From Mizuhopecten yessoensis (lineage: Eukaryota): a DNA stretch of 64,000 nt. The notes beneath the pieces are model-generated. The model saw only the letters and a list, made by a program, of their open reading frames with translations. It was not told where the DNA came from and made no database searches. The stretch spans positions 1-64,000 of the forward strand of contig NW_018479978.1 of the NCBI RefSeq assembly GCF_002113885.1, written 5' to 3'. The position numbers and the translations under genes are program-made. Positions 1-12,391 of this stretch are shown here, in pieces; the stretch's first letter is position 1, and the number at the start of each line of letters is the position of its first letter.

Positions 1-259
1 TGTAAACAGTCGTCCATCTATGTATACTGATGATTACAGACTATTATTGTGGTTAGTGCAACATTACATGATTATCATTCACAGCGATTTCTATTTCTTT
101 TGTTATTTTATTTTTTCTATAGAATGAAGGGAACGAAAGAGTTGAAATGGAATTGATCAGTTGTTCTGTTGTTTACGTATTTCTTCTTTTATGTTGAATA
201 TGGTGTTTTTGTTTTATAATGATAATAATTTGAGGTTCTTATATACCGCTTTATCACAA

Positions 260-520
260 CTTAGTTTATAGGTCGTCTCAAAGAGGTTCACAAATTATTA
301 TCCGTGGTTATAGGGCCTTTGCAACCAGCCAAGATCTTTCTCAACTCCTTTGGGGAGCATACAGACGGTGCTGCTATTTCGACGCTCACAGCTAGCATTC
401 AACAATTCTATCCCTGCCCAACCGCATACTCATTTACAGCTGAGTAGACTGGAGCAAGCAGAGTAACCCTTAGGTCATGAGCCCGGTGTCCTACCACTAC
501 ACTACCGTGCCTTCGTTTTA
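260..520 (-). mobile_element. SINE fragment (Deu/Nin-domain-like)
   Basis: TGGGGAGCATACAG..TACTCATTTACAGCTGAGTAGACTGGAGC motif with a degenerate tRNA head toward 510. The family assignment is from memory. Confidence 0.5.
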
Positions 521-818
521 TGGTTGGTGGTATTTGAGGAGGATATTCCGTTGTGTCAAGATGTATGGAAAGAATGAGTGATTGTATGTGTCTCTGGAGG
601 AGTAGATGAGCCTTAAGTTAACTCTGTGTTGTGTTCTAGAGTCTATGGGAATGATTATGTGTTTATTGCCACTTGTCAAAGCTTGTCCGTGGGTAACATC
701 AGATTCATAAAGAACAACTCTTGTCCATCCAGTCAAACGGTTTAAACAATGGGAAACTATAGTAACCTTGCTGTCATATTAAGGAATTCATCTTTTCTGG
801 TGTTTTTGTTTGCTGTAG

Positions 819-3800
819 AGGAGCTTACTGTGCAGCTAGTGCAGCACGCCTGACCAATATTGTGACTCCAGAGTTATTTGATGGCACACCAGAGTGGATT
901 GTACGGTAAGCAGATCTGTCACAGCTAGGATATCACATACGCTTTCAAAACTCCTAAACTAGTCAGGATTTGTTAACATGTATCTGGAAATCCCAGAAGA
1001 AAATTTCTTTGAGATGAATGTTATATGTGGACTAATATTAAAGGATTTTTTTGACAGTTGCCAGACTTATGAGGGTGGCTTTGGAGGTTGCCCCGGTATG
1101 GAGGCCCATGGAGGATACTCGTTCTGTGGACTTGCAGCACTTTCTCTCATGGGGCGAACAAGTCTTTGTGATCTTCGTGCATGTCTAGTATGTCATACTT
1201 AGATACTATAAGTACATTCATGCATAAATCATACTGTCGTTTCACTTAATATGAATTCAATTGCACATTTAGCTGGTTAATCTTTTTTAAATATAACTGT
1301 TTCAGGATAAAATCTGGCAGCCCGGTAAAAAATAATGCAATTCAGCCTTGAAAGTCTTTGGAAAATCTTTGCAAACCTTGGCTTAAAGTAAAATTAGACC
1401 ACACAGTTCATTCATATCTTTTAAACAACTCAGACCCATCAGGTCAAACTGTTTGTAAGGAGATAAGAGATAAGACCATATGTGTACCTTTTTCTTTCTT
1501 TTTTTTCTTTTGCCGGTTGAATATGCACCTGGATTGATTTGTTTCATGGTCTAATTCTTTCAGAGATGGACAGCTAACAGACAGATGCGATTTGAGGGGG
1601 GATTCCAGGGTCGAACAAACAAACTTGTGGATGGCTGTTATTCCTTCTGGCAGGCTGGTACCTTCCCACTGTTCCATATGGTCTGTTCCATGCAAGGTAC
1701 GGTCTTCATCGAGGTTTGTCTTGTCAGCTCCTCTATATCCCCCCAAAAAATGATTGACATACTTCTAGTTATGGAAATGTTTTTTAAGAATTTCTTATTG
1801 ATATAGATCTGTACAAGGTTGCTACACATGAGCGGAGTAAAACAACAAATTATATGACAATGTAATAAAGACAATTATCACTTCTGTAGAATGACTCATT
1901 GATTCCCTTCATTATCAAAGTATACAGTGCTTAAACTGGCTGTCTTGTATTCAAATTCCATAAATACAGTTCATATTGTAAACAATAGCCCTTGCAGCAG
2001 TTGTAACATAATGATATGTGGCTCACATATTTGAGATTCAGCTTGTCTTTGTCTGAATGCTTCAGCTAAAGTTATGGAACATTTTTCACACAGATGACCA
2101 CTGCTTGAGTACTGAGCGTTGGATGTTTGATCATGAAGCATTACAGGAGTATATCTTAGTATGCTGTCAACACCAAGGTGGCGGTCTTATTGACAAACCT
2201 GGCAAGTAAGTAATACCTGTAGAGGAAACTTTATAGACAAGCAAGATATGAAAGTACTTAAATATAAAGAAATGATTATTTCAAAGAAGAACAAATATGC
2301 ATTAGTCTTGTTTCTTGATTTCATTACCACACATTGATGATAATTTGGGACAGATTTTGATACCAAAGTTTTTTGGGGGGCAAGAGGCTTTGTGTATTTT
2401 TATGTGGAGAAAGTAAGATGCTATATATGCAGCATTTTAATGTCTGAAGTATGTATGACCCAGTTCCTGTATATATATATGATTTATTACAGGTCCAGAG
2501 ACTACTACCATACCTGCTACTGTCTCAGTGGATTAGCGGTGGCGCAGCATTTTGCCGGTGGAAAACTTGCTCATCTTCACATAGTGGGATCACAAGACAA
2601 TGAATTGGTAAATTTTGTACAGATATTGAACATATTGGGATAACAAGACAATATTAGACCTGTCAGGTTTTCATCACCTCCTGGTTGTGATGACCAATAC
2701 ATACTATAAGCATGTCATTGTACATTATAACATAACAACCAAACCACTTACCCTCGAGTACTTTGTGTTTCTCAGAATTTTCAATCAATTCTACTGACAA
2801 ATTTAATTCTCTTTCATTAAATTTGATTAAATCCAAAGCAGTTCAATATATTACAATTTATATTTCACTATAAATATGCAATTAACTTGTTGATAGAAGA
2901 TATGTTTTATCACAATGGATATTGCGCAAACTTTCAACAACTTCTTTGACTTCTAGTACGATTTAATCACAGGCACCAAATGATCAAGTTCAGTAAAAAA
3001 AAACTTGCAATTTCTAGGCATGAAACATTGATCAATTGCCGTCAACAGCTAAATTAATTCAACGAACAACCACATGTTGGAGTTATAAAGCAATGTCATA
3101 ACCGATCAGTTATTAATCAATGTTTGTGTCAAAATCGACTGTGTGCGTTTTTACATCATTTGATCACAGAATTTTGAAGGCTCTTATTACAAACCTACTC
3201 ATCACATCTACCTGAGATGCCCTTTCACTCTAACAGATTTATTTGTCAGCATCCATTAGCTACAATAGAGTCTGTTGAAAGTTCTGTTTATCTGTTTAAC
3301 TTTCCAATTACCATACCTAACTAAATACTGAATAATGCAAAAGATAAATGCCTCCCAGGGGCATTGCTATGGATGTACTGGACAATTTTAAGTGTGTCCT
3401 AGGGCGTGGTTTTAAAGTTCAGTATTGGTGCACAGTAGCTTTAATATCAATCATCAGTGTACATAGATGTGAATATCTATTTAAAAGAACAACTATTTAA
3501 CAGAAGTTTAGCCAAAACATGTTTTGGTTTTAGCACTCGCTGTTAATGTGTATTAATATAAACGTTCATCTGTATAATTAAGCATCAAACTGCCTTCTTT
3601 GGAAAGTTATTGTCCTATGATTCTCACAGGAATGCAGACGATTAATTAATACGCCACAAACTTGTTCTTCATATCACTACACCAATGGGAATTATGTGAG
3701 AATTATGATCTGATATCTTTCTATTCTGTTTGGTAAGGTTATAAAGTGGCAATGCAGAGCAAATAGAAATATACCATTTTATATTGCAGAAACCGACACA

Positions 3801-3888
3801 TCCTGTATTCAATATAGGAGTGGATGCAGTGGCCCATGCCAACATGTACTTTAACAGACTGTCCCCACCCAAGGGGCCAGATGTATGA
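819..3888 (+). CDS. FNTB: Protein farnesyltransferase beta subunit, 3' part (6 exons; 5' exons lie upstream of the window)
   Basis: AG/GT-bounded exons 819-905, 1058-1187, 1564-1696, 2094-2205, 2493-2607 and 3790-3888 (TGA) join in frame: GAYCAASAARLTNIVTPELFDGTPEWIVR-CQTYEGGFGGCPGMEAHGGYSFCGLAAL-RQMRFEGGFQGRTNKLVDGCYSFWQAG-ALQEYILVCCQHQGGGLIDKPGK-SRDYYHTCYCLSGL-KPTHPVFNIG. These are prenyltransferase repeats with the Zn ligands DGCY and the HPVFN histidine typical of FNTB. Confidence 0.96.
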
Positions 3889-4570
3889 CGAAAATTCCAT
3901 CAATCTGCGTCAACGTCACCAATGTCCTTCCCTGGTCCCTGGGTTCCGAGCCAGGTCATGTGTACGCCTGGACAGTGCGAGATAGCATACTGGATATGTA
4001 TCTGTATTTAGAGCTGGTATAGAGGAGGAAAAACTTGTGTGTGAGCAAAGATAGACTACACTGACTGTATATGAGATAATGCACGGTAGTGCAATAGACC
4101 TCACCCCAGGGTAACTTACTAGTGGAGGGCTAGGGAATCATCCTTAACTTACCAATGTTAAAAAAGGCAGGGGAACCTTCAGATCACCTATCCTTGACCT
4201 TAAAGGTTGAAAGTTCTGGAGAATCTCCAAAGTTACTTGTCCTTGACATATCCGTGTTGAAACATCCACCTTACTGATCGGAATAGGATTTATCAGTTTG
4301 GTATGAATAATAAATGTTCAATTTGTTTTGAACACAAATAGTAAATTGAGAAGTTATTTTTCAAGCTTTCGAAAACATCTCTTTCCTTTGTCAAGCAAAG
4401 AGTGTCAAGGATTGAGGATTGGAACTCATTGCTTGACAAAGGAAACAGGAATTTTCAAAAACTCAGAGGAAGCTTGTGTTCAAAGCAAAGCATTTATCCA
4501 CTTTACTGAATCTAAGGTTAAAAGTCCCTGTTATGACCTACAGTATGGGGTATCATACTCCTCTGTAAGA

Positions 4571-5280
4571 GTTAATCCATCTCTAGGTTGTATGGTACAT
4601 GTTCTTTGTATGTTAACTCATCACTAGGTTATGTGTTGTATGTATTACTATGTTAATCTCTCTCTAGGTTGTATGGTACATGTTCTATGTATGCTAACTC
4701 ATCACTAGGTTATGTGTTGTATGTATTACTATGTTAATCCATCTCTAGGTTGTATGGTACATGTTCTTTGTATGTTAATTCATCACTAGGTTATGTGTTG
4801 TATGTATTACTATGTTAATCTCTCTCTAGGTTGTATGGTACATGTTCAATGTATGTTAACTCATCACTAGGTTATGTGTTGTATGTATTACTATGTTAAT
4901 CTCTCTCTAGGTTATGTATTGTTACTGACTTACTTGACTTGACTTAACTTGTATTGTATCTATTACTACCAGATATACTAACCAATATCTAGGTTGTCTA
5001 TTCTATGTATAACTATAACCCATTTCTAGAATGTGTTGTATATGTATATTAAACTATAACCCATCTCTAGGTCGTGTGGTATATGTATAACAATAACCCA
5101 TCTCTACATTGTGTTGTATATGTATTACTATAACACATCTCTAGGTCATGTGGTATATGTATAACAATAACCCATCTCTAGGTTGTGTGGTATATGTATA
5201 ACAATAACCCATTTCTAGCTTGTGTGGTATATATGTATTACTATAACACATCTCTCGATCGTGTGGTATATGTATTACCC
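4571..5280. repeat. 81-bp minisatellite (about 4 copies) decaying into related ~40-bp units
   Basis: GTTAATC.ATCTCTAGGTTGTATGGTACATG.. at 4571, 4652 and onward. Confidence 0.9.
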
Positions 5281-6454
5281 GGTTACAATGTGTAGCCATC
5301 AGTAAGTCATGTGTTTAAGGTATTACTATGATAATTCACTTTAAAGATATATTGATGATGGTCAATGTTTTATTTTGAAACTGTTTTTTTTTTTTTTTAA
5401 ATACATTTATTCTACATAATGAATGTCACTGTGGAAAAATGTGTCTATATATAGGCAAAGATACCTAACGGTGATAATGAGTACCGAAGTGGTGTACGTA
5501 TAACTACATTGTAGACAAACTGTCCATCATTGGTTTGGTGTGAATATATTACCTCTGTTACATGGGGTCTGATAAACTAATTGTTATGTTGTTTACATTC
5601 AGTCTATATGTATTTGTGTTACATCTACAGAAAATATACATACAGGTTTGTCAGCACTTTATCGCATTACACGTACTGTCTCCTCGAATCAAGCTTAAAC
5701 TGCAGTGTCATTGTGGGAAATAACTGTTGGGGTCTTGTTGGCAGTACAATTATGAGTTTTCCCTTCATTCATTCAATGACCTAACACTGTTTATGTTTCC
5801 CTTGTGTTATAGACAGGTTAATAAAGCCACATTGGTTTATGTCTTTAAGGCACAACATATATTTACATAAAGCATTCATGTCTACAGATTTTAATACAAT
5901 TTTGGATATATGATTTACATATGTATTGTTAGTAGACTAGGTATACACAAATGTGTTTAATATCTGTATGTTCACGAAATGTGTGAACTATTTACACTAT
6001 TTTTGTCAAACTATTGTGATCAGAAGTATTGTTAATAAAGACTTTGCCCCTGTACTAGATTATGTTATAAATATATGTTAGATGTACATACAGTCGAGGT
6101 GAATGTTACAAAAGTATACATTAGTTGATAGTGTATCGGTATATAAATGTGATGTTGTGATATCCTGACTTTTGGTTACATGGGAACTGTGTAAATGTGG
6201 ATACTTGGATTACTTAGGTTTATCAAGTGTGTATTGTATTTTTGTTCATGTCAAACAACCACATAGATGTAATATCTCGTTTAAACATACAAAAGTTGAC
6301 ATCATTACATCAAGTCATTCGATATTACACAAAATGGAGAAGAAGGGTTTCTTCTCGAATATTGAAGTCTGTGAGCACAATCACTGTATTTGTTCAGCAA
6401 AGAAGCATATGCCAGGTAATAAGCTCACAATTGTCAAATACAGTACAGTAGTGT

Positions 6455-6905
6455 AAGACTCTTTCATGCCCAAAGTTGTAGGATAGGAAAATCCTGAGGG
6501 TGGAATTTCCCTATCTTGGGCATGAAAGAGTATTTTTCTCAAATTCCTGAAATGGCGTTTGGACTGGCTACCTTTTTGAAAACATCAATTTCCCCCTGAG
6601 CATTTTAGACGAAAACGAATCTGTCAGCCAGATTAAGTATATTCCATATTTTCAAACAAAGTTTGTGCAGAAAACGTAAACTCGTCTTTCTAACCTGTAA
6701 GGTAAATATATTGTAAAAGATTTTAATATCATGACGATGCCTTTTCTGCATTGTGGAACCACAGTTTTCCAAATTTGTGACGTCATGTCATTGTCGAGCC
6801 ATTGTGACGTCACGTCACGTGAAATGGGGTGTAGGATAGAGATTTCCTACACCCCTTTCTTACCCTGGACAGCTCTTTCTTACACACACGAAATGAGAGA
6901 AAAAT
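6455..6905. mobile_element. Degenerate hairpin element with the same architecture as 62701-63050
   Basis: Perfect 16-bp inverted repeat 6458-6473 / 6516-6531 followed by TTTTTCTC. It has an internal GTGACGTCA cluster, a second hairpin GGGGTGTAGGA..TCCTACACCCC near 6830-6856, and ends GAGAGAAAA. Confidence 0.5.
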
Positions 6906-7062
6906 GTCTACTAAATGCTATTTGTTGTCTGCAGTAATCCCAACGCCTACTTTTGTCAGAGTTCATGTGTTAGCCTCATGGGCTTATTTCAGGATAAATA
7001 TGGTCCAATCACTGTATGTGGAATGCATCTTTCTTATATGTTCTATGTAGAAATGTAGGTAC

Positions 7063-7498
7063 TGTAACATGCAGGCGATCACACCTCCAGTTACTGACCA
7101 CACTCGACGTTGCTGAACCAGTGAACGAGTCCCCATATTATACAGCATTACTGGAAAAGCTAGCTTGTCAGTAAGGCAGTATTTTCCACTTTAATTCCTT
7201 AGCTGTAACACAATTTCCCCCGCTGAGAAGTTTTGTCCCGAGACTTGGCCAGGATAATCCCGTAGGTCCTCCTTGTGTATCAATGCACCTTTCCCTAACC
7301 ATTGGGAACTGGCCTTACATGATCGCTCAGATTCCAACCGCTGCCACCAAATGTAACGTGCAGGCAGTCACCCGTCCAGCTACTGACCAAACTCAATGTT
7401 ACTGAACTAGTGAGCGGGTCCCCAGGTTATACTGCATCACTGGAAAAGCTAGCTTGCTAGTAAGGCAGTATTTTCCACCGAATTCTTAAGCTGTTACA
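7063..7498 (-). mobile_element. TRIM (miniature non-autonomous LTR retroelement) with 5S rRNA-like sequence in both LTRs
   Basis: Direct repeats 7063-7210 and 7352-7498, each TGT..ACA. The 4-bp TSD GTAC is at 7059-7062 and 7499-7502. A minus-strand PBS TGGTGGCAGCGG (within 7331-7349) is complementary to the tRNA-Leu 3' end, and a purine run GGGGGAAA precedes the 3' LTR. 5S-like segments lie at 7072-7118 and 7361-7407. Confidence 0.88.
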
Positions 7499-8169
7499 GT
7501 ACATTTGATTGTCATATATCTTATTGTAAGTTATAAACTAAGTTGAAGTAAAATCGCTATAGGATGTGAGCTATATTGTAATAAGTTTGTCTTACCAGTA
7601 TTTTTTTATGTGAGTGTAAAATCAATGTACAAGGTACTTGTCAGATGTCTAAATGAAAGTATCAGCAGTCACTGTGTGCAGTGGTGTGTGTGATATCTCT
7701 TATTGTGTATGAAATATTGATGAGGAAAGAATTGATTGGAACGATGCTTAACTCAAATAAATGTTGGCATGTCTGCTCATTTCTGATAGGGTGTTATTGG
7801 TAAATGCTGATGAAGAGGAATAAAGACGTGTATTTTGTCACATGTTACCTTGCAGTTTTCATTCATTCTTGTGTAAACTACTCACTGTAAATGTTTGATA
7901 GCAGTAAGATAGTGTTAAGTGTTTTATGCGGACCAAATATCTTCTTGAATTTAATGATACAGGTGAATTATTGTTGATCCAAACAACTAAGAGTTAATAA
8001 GAGTTGTTCCAAAAACATGCCTTACTGTATTCGAAGAATACTAAGGTAAGAAAATACTCTTTAAAGAAATACATGTTTCCATCCATACACATATCTGATT
8101 CCGGGTACTTTGCATGTAAATTGATTTGTGATGGTTTCTGTGGAAAAAATCCAAATTTTCAGTGTACTA

Positions 8170-8930
8170 GTATCTAGACCGGGAACATTGACCAAAACCA
8201 CTACCTGGGCACATCTGTTACTACTGGGCCCAGCTGTTACAAGTATTTAGACCTCAAATATTGACTAAAACCTCCTCTAGGCCTTGGTGTTACTTGTATC
8301 TAGACAGAGAAAACTGACCAAAACAACTCGTAACTAATTTGCCTGGTTGTACTTCCTAGTATCAAGACAGGGAACACTGACCTAAACCCCCATCATTGCC
8401 TGGGTATTACTTGTATCTATACAAGGAACACTGACCAAAAACCCCTACCTGGATCCGGTTGTCACTAGAATCAAGACAGGGAACGCTGACCTAAACCTCC
8501 TTCGTTGCCTGGGTATTACTTGTATCTAGACAAGGAACACTGACCAAAACCTCTACCTGGACCGGTTGTTAATGGAATCAAAACAAGAATTTTAAAATTT
8601 GTAGTTACTATAAGCTAGACAGGGAACACGGACCAAAACTTCTAACCTGGTCAGGGTATGACTAGTGTCTAGATAGAGAACACTGACCTAAATCTCGATC
8701 ATATCGTCCGGGTATCGCAATGTACTAGTTTTAGACGGGGAACATTGACCAAAAGCACTACTTTGCCTTGTAGTTACTAGTAGCTAGACAGGAAACACTG
8801 GCCGATACTTCTAACTTGGTCAGGTTGTTACTTGTATCTAGTAGACTAAGTACGCTAACTGAAACCGTGATCTAGCTCGAATTGTTATTTATCTTGACAG
8901 GAAACATTGACCAACACCTCTATTGTTACT
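8170..8930. repeat. Degenerate ~55-60-bp tandem repeat
   Basis: Recurrent CTAGACAGGGAACACTGACCAAAAC, about 12 copies. Confidence 0.8.
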
Positions 8931-11900
8931 TGTGAAAGCCAGTGAGGCTTTGAACAGTGATTACCTGGTTAACTGGAAATTCTTGTTTATTTCTAATATG
9001 ATCCATTTATCTTAATTTTGCTCTATGATGGAAAAATCATTATTTTTACCATAAAACCCCAGACGATCTCCACACCCTGTATTGGTTATGTCGTGCATAC
9101 TTTCAGGATTCCCTTAAAAGATTTTTAGTTTGAAGTCCTTACTTTTTTTATTAGATACCAAAACAAGGTTCAACTCAAACATATAAAGGTACCGGTACAT
9201 ATAGCACTTATTAGGGGTTACTACTTTCTTGTCCATTCTAGTCTGAAATGGGTGTAAAATGGGTGTCGTACACTTCATCAAAAATAAACAGTATTTTTGA
9301 AATTTGTTGTCTTTTTTCCTTAACTTTATGAGAACAAACTGCTAAATTTGGTTCCATTTCATGACACTGTATCAGGAGATAAGATTCATAACCAGTACAT
9401 GTAATAGGTTAACAGAGACCAAGTTTGATTTTAAGTGAAAATTGCTCAAATCTAAAAGCATAAACAATATTCTGAATCTGAAAAACTTCCAACTTCATAG
9501 GAAGTTATGGGGCTATAACCCCTTATTCAATTGCTGAAACAGTGTCAGCATAATATCTTGGTGAACTTTCAATCAATAACTGCAAACTTCATAGAAAGGT
9601 TAATTATCATGAAAATGCAGACAAGTTTGATAACCACCGTTATCTTACCATAATTGATAGTTATGGCCCTTTATGGCATTGCCAAAACATTGTCTTGATT
9701 CTCAGACAAGTTTGATAAGTACCATTATCCGACAATTATTAATGGAGTAATGGCCCTTTATCCACCCTTATCTGACAGTAATTACCGAGTTCTGGCTTTT
9801 TAATAAATTGCCGAAAGAGTCTGTTTTATATCTGGAGTAATTTTCAACAGATTATCTTCAAAGGAAGGTTAATTACCATAAAAACACAAATTGGATAACC
9901 ACCATTATCTGACCATAACTGATAAAGTAATTACCTACATTGAATTGTCAAAACATTCTCGATAATTGAACACTCAGACAAGTTCAATTAACACTATTAT
10001 CGGACTGTAATCATGGCCCTTTATATCCATTCCTTCAGCTTTGTCAAGTACAGTATGTTTTATCCTGCCACCACATCAAAGGAATAGCTCTCAACTTCAC
10101 CGAGTAATAAACATTTCCTTATTTTCATACATTTAACACATAAATGCATCAGAAGGATTGTAAATTATTGATAACAGTGCCTTGTGATAACATACCCATA
10201 TACCAGGTTTAGTTCATACGTTAAATAGTACGCCAAACTGAAATAAGGGATCAAAGGTCAACAGAGGTTGCAAAAATTTCTCCCGACATTGTTGCAAGAA
10301 GGTATATTATTTTGTCCTTTTGTTTATCTTGTTCAGTCTAAAACAAAGACACTTAATGATTTTACATGTTTATTATTTCATTTGTACAACATTCACATCT
10401 ACCTAAGTCAAGTGCATCGTCAGCCCAGACACATATAAACAAGACTGGGTAACGACAAGACTCGGCCAGCTACACAGAAGTAGAAAAAGCTGGGAAACGA
10501 CACTTCCAAACATAGGACATTTTAGAAAGACAGAGTTCAGAATCTCCCCTTCTTTAAATCCCTCTAAATATTTGCATCATGTTTGGTAGGTAATTTGGAA
10601 ACAAGATAAAAAAAATAAGCTAAAATATTACAATAACATGTACTCACGTATTTCATAGTCATCCAACTTAATGGCCTTTCAATTTGTTTTAAAGCAAAAA
10701 GGATTTCAATATTTAAATCTATGTCTGGCTATTTTCTTTAAAAAGTGCTTCAATCCAAAAGTACCTAAAGTCTGCTACAATCAATACCACAATTTGCTTG
10801 ACTTAATAGATGGAAAAGGACAGTCAGAATACTGGTGCCCCAGTTCCAAAATACTTCATGAAAACCATTTTTGAGACTTAAAGTCTTATATTTCAGTTAG
10901 AAAACAAATCATCCAAAAATATTCATATAAAGTTTCTTGAAAGCAGGGCCAGACTTGTGGACTAGAAAGTCTTGGATTGACAAAGCACATTTTTCCTAAA
11001 ATCATTACCTTCAGTTAAAACAGATTTGCAGATGAAAAATGTTTGTGCCAAATTCAACAAAGAATAACTATTTTCTATATACACTTACATATTTCACCTG
11101 TACATTTCTCATGAACAGGTACACATTGTTATAAATAAAGCTAAAAGACCCAATCTCATCTGTGTTTCTAACTTTACAGATCATACTCTGATTATCCTAA
11201 GAAGATTCACAACATGACTTGGATTACAATGAAAAGTTAAGCTAGTGGACCTGTACATATGATACACACTTTATAGAAAATCATTATTGTTGTAAGAGTC
11301 GAGATTCTCAATGACTCGGGTATCCTGTTGAAACCGAATCACTGAATCTAATACCAAGTATAAAGCATAGTAAATATATAGGAAAAACTACCATATACTT
11401 TTATTGTACAACATTCAAAACCATGGCTTTTTATCACCAATAACATTTGCACCAGTAGAGATGTTGAAATGTTTCAATTCTCTTACAACATATACATGTA
11501 CAGCATCAATCATTACTAATAATACATGCGTACAAATCTTTTACAAGTAACAGAGGAACTGTAGGTGTAGGAAACCAAATGATGCCAGCCAACATGTAGT
11601 GTCCATGAAAAGTACAATCTAAGTGCCCAGGAAATATAGCAACCTGCTTTTCATTAGACAGACAGGTACATTTCAAAGCCACTGTTTGTACTCAACAGAA
11701 AGCTACTGTTATAGGCCAGTTTGTACCTGACAGGTATTGTACAAACAGAACCCTGTTATTATATCAGCTAATTAAATGAGGTATTTGATATTTACTGCCA
11801 CTTTGAATTATGAATATAACTAGAAGGAAGTAGTTTTAAACTGAACTTCTTTCGAACTGATGGCTTTCAAATTTTTCACCATGGAAAGAAATTTCTGTTT

Positions 11901-12391
11901 CAGAGGAGCACTATGATCCAACTTGTCTTTTCCAGGAACATAATTATTAATAGACAATTAAAAGTGATAAGATTTTAACTCCTCAAGCTTTAAAATTGAT
12001 TTAAAGATTTTAACTCCTCAAGCTTTATGAAGAATTAAGCTTGGTATTAACTGATCACACAGAGGAGTTCCATCCAGATCAGCTCCCAATATGTTATCAA
12101 CCATGTTGAGATCTGGTAAGAATATGAGTTTATATATGGAATGCTCTACAAATATTAGAGTCGATCATCAAATACAGCAATGCGATTGTTCACCAAGTAA
12201 AAAGTTATAAAAGAGTTTTTCCTGATTTCTGTATGATTTAGACCCTAGTTCGGCTTCACTCCACACTACATACACATTTGGATTTCCCGCACACCAGCAA
12301 CACATCCTTGCGCTAGCTGTCTGCCTACGACATGGCCTGCCATCCGATGGTCACGACAAAAGAAAACAAAATAGCCTAATAAGTGATCCTG

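Noticed and set aside
7072-7118. Genuine 5S rRNA gene
   Set aside because: Only the internal control region is similar. The 5' and 3' ends of 5S are missing and the segment sits inside LTRs.
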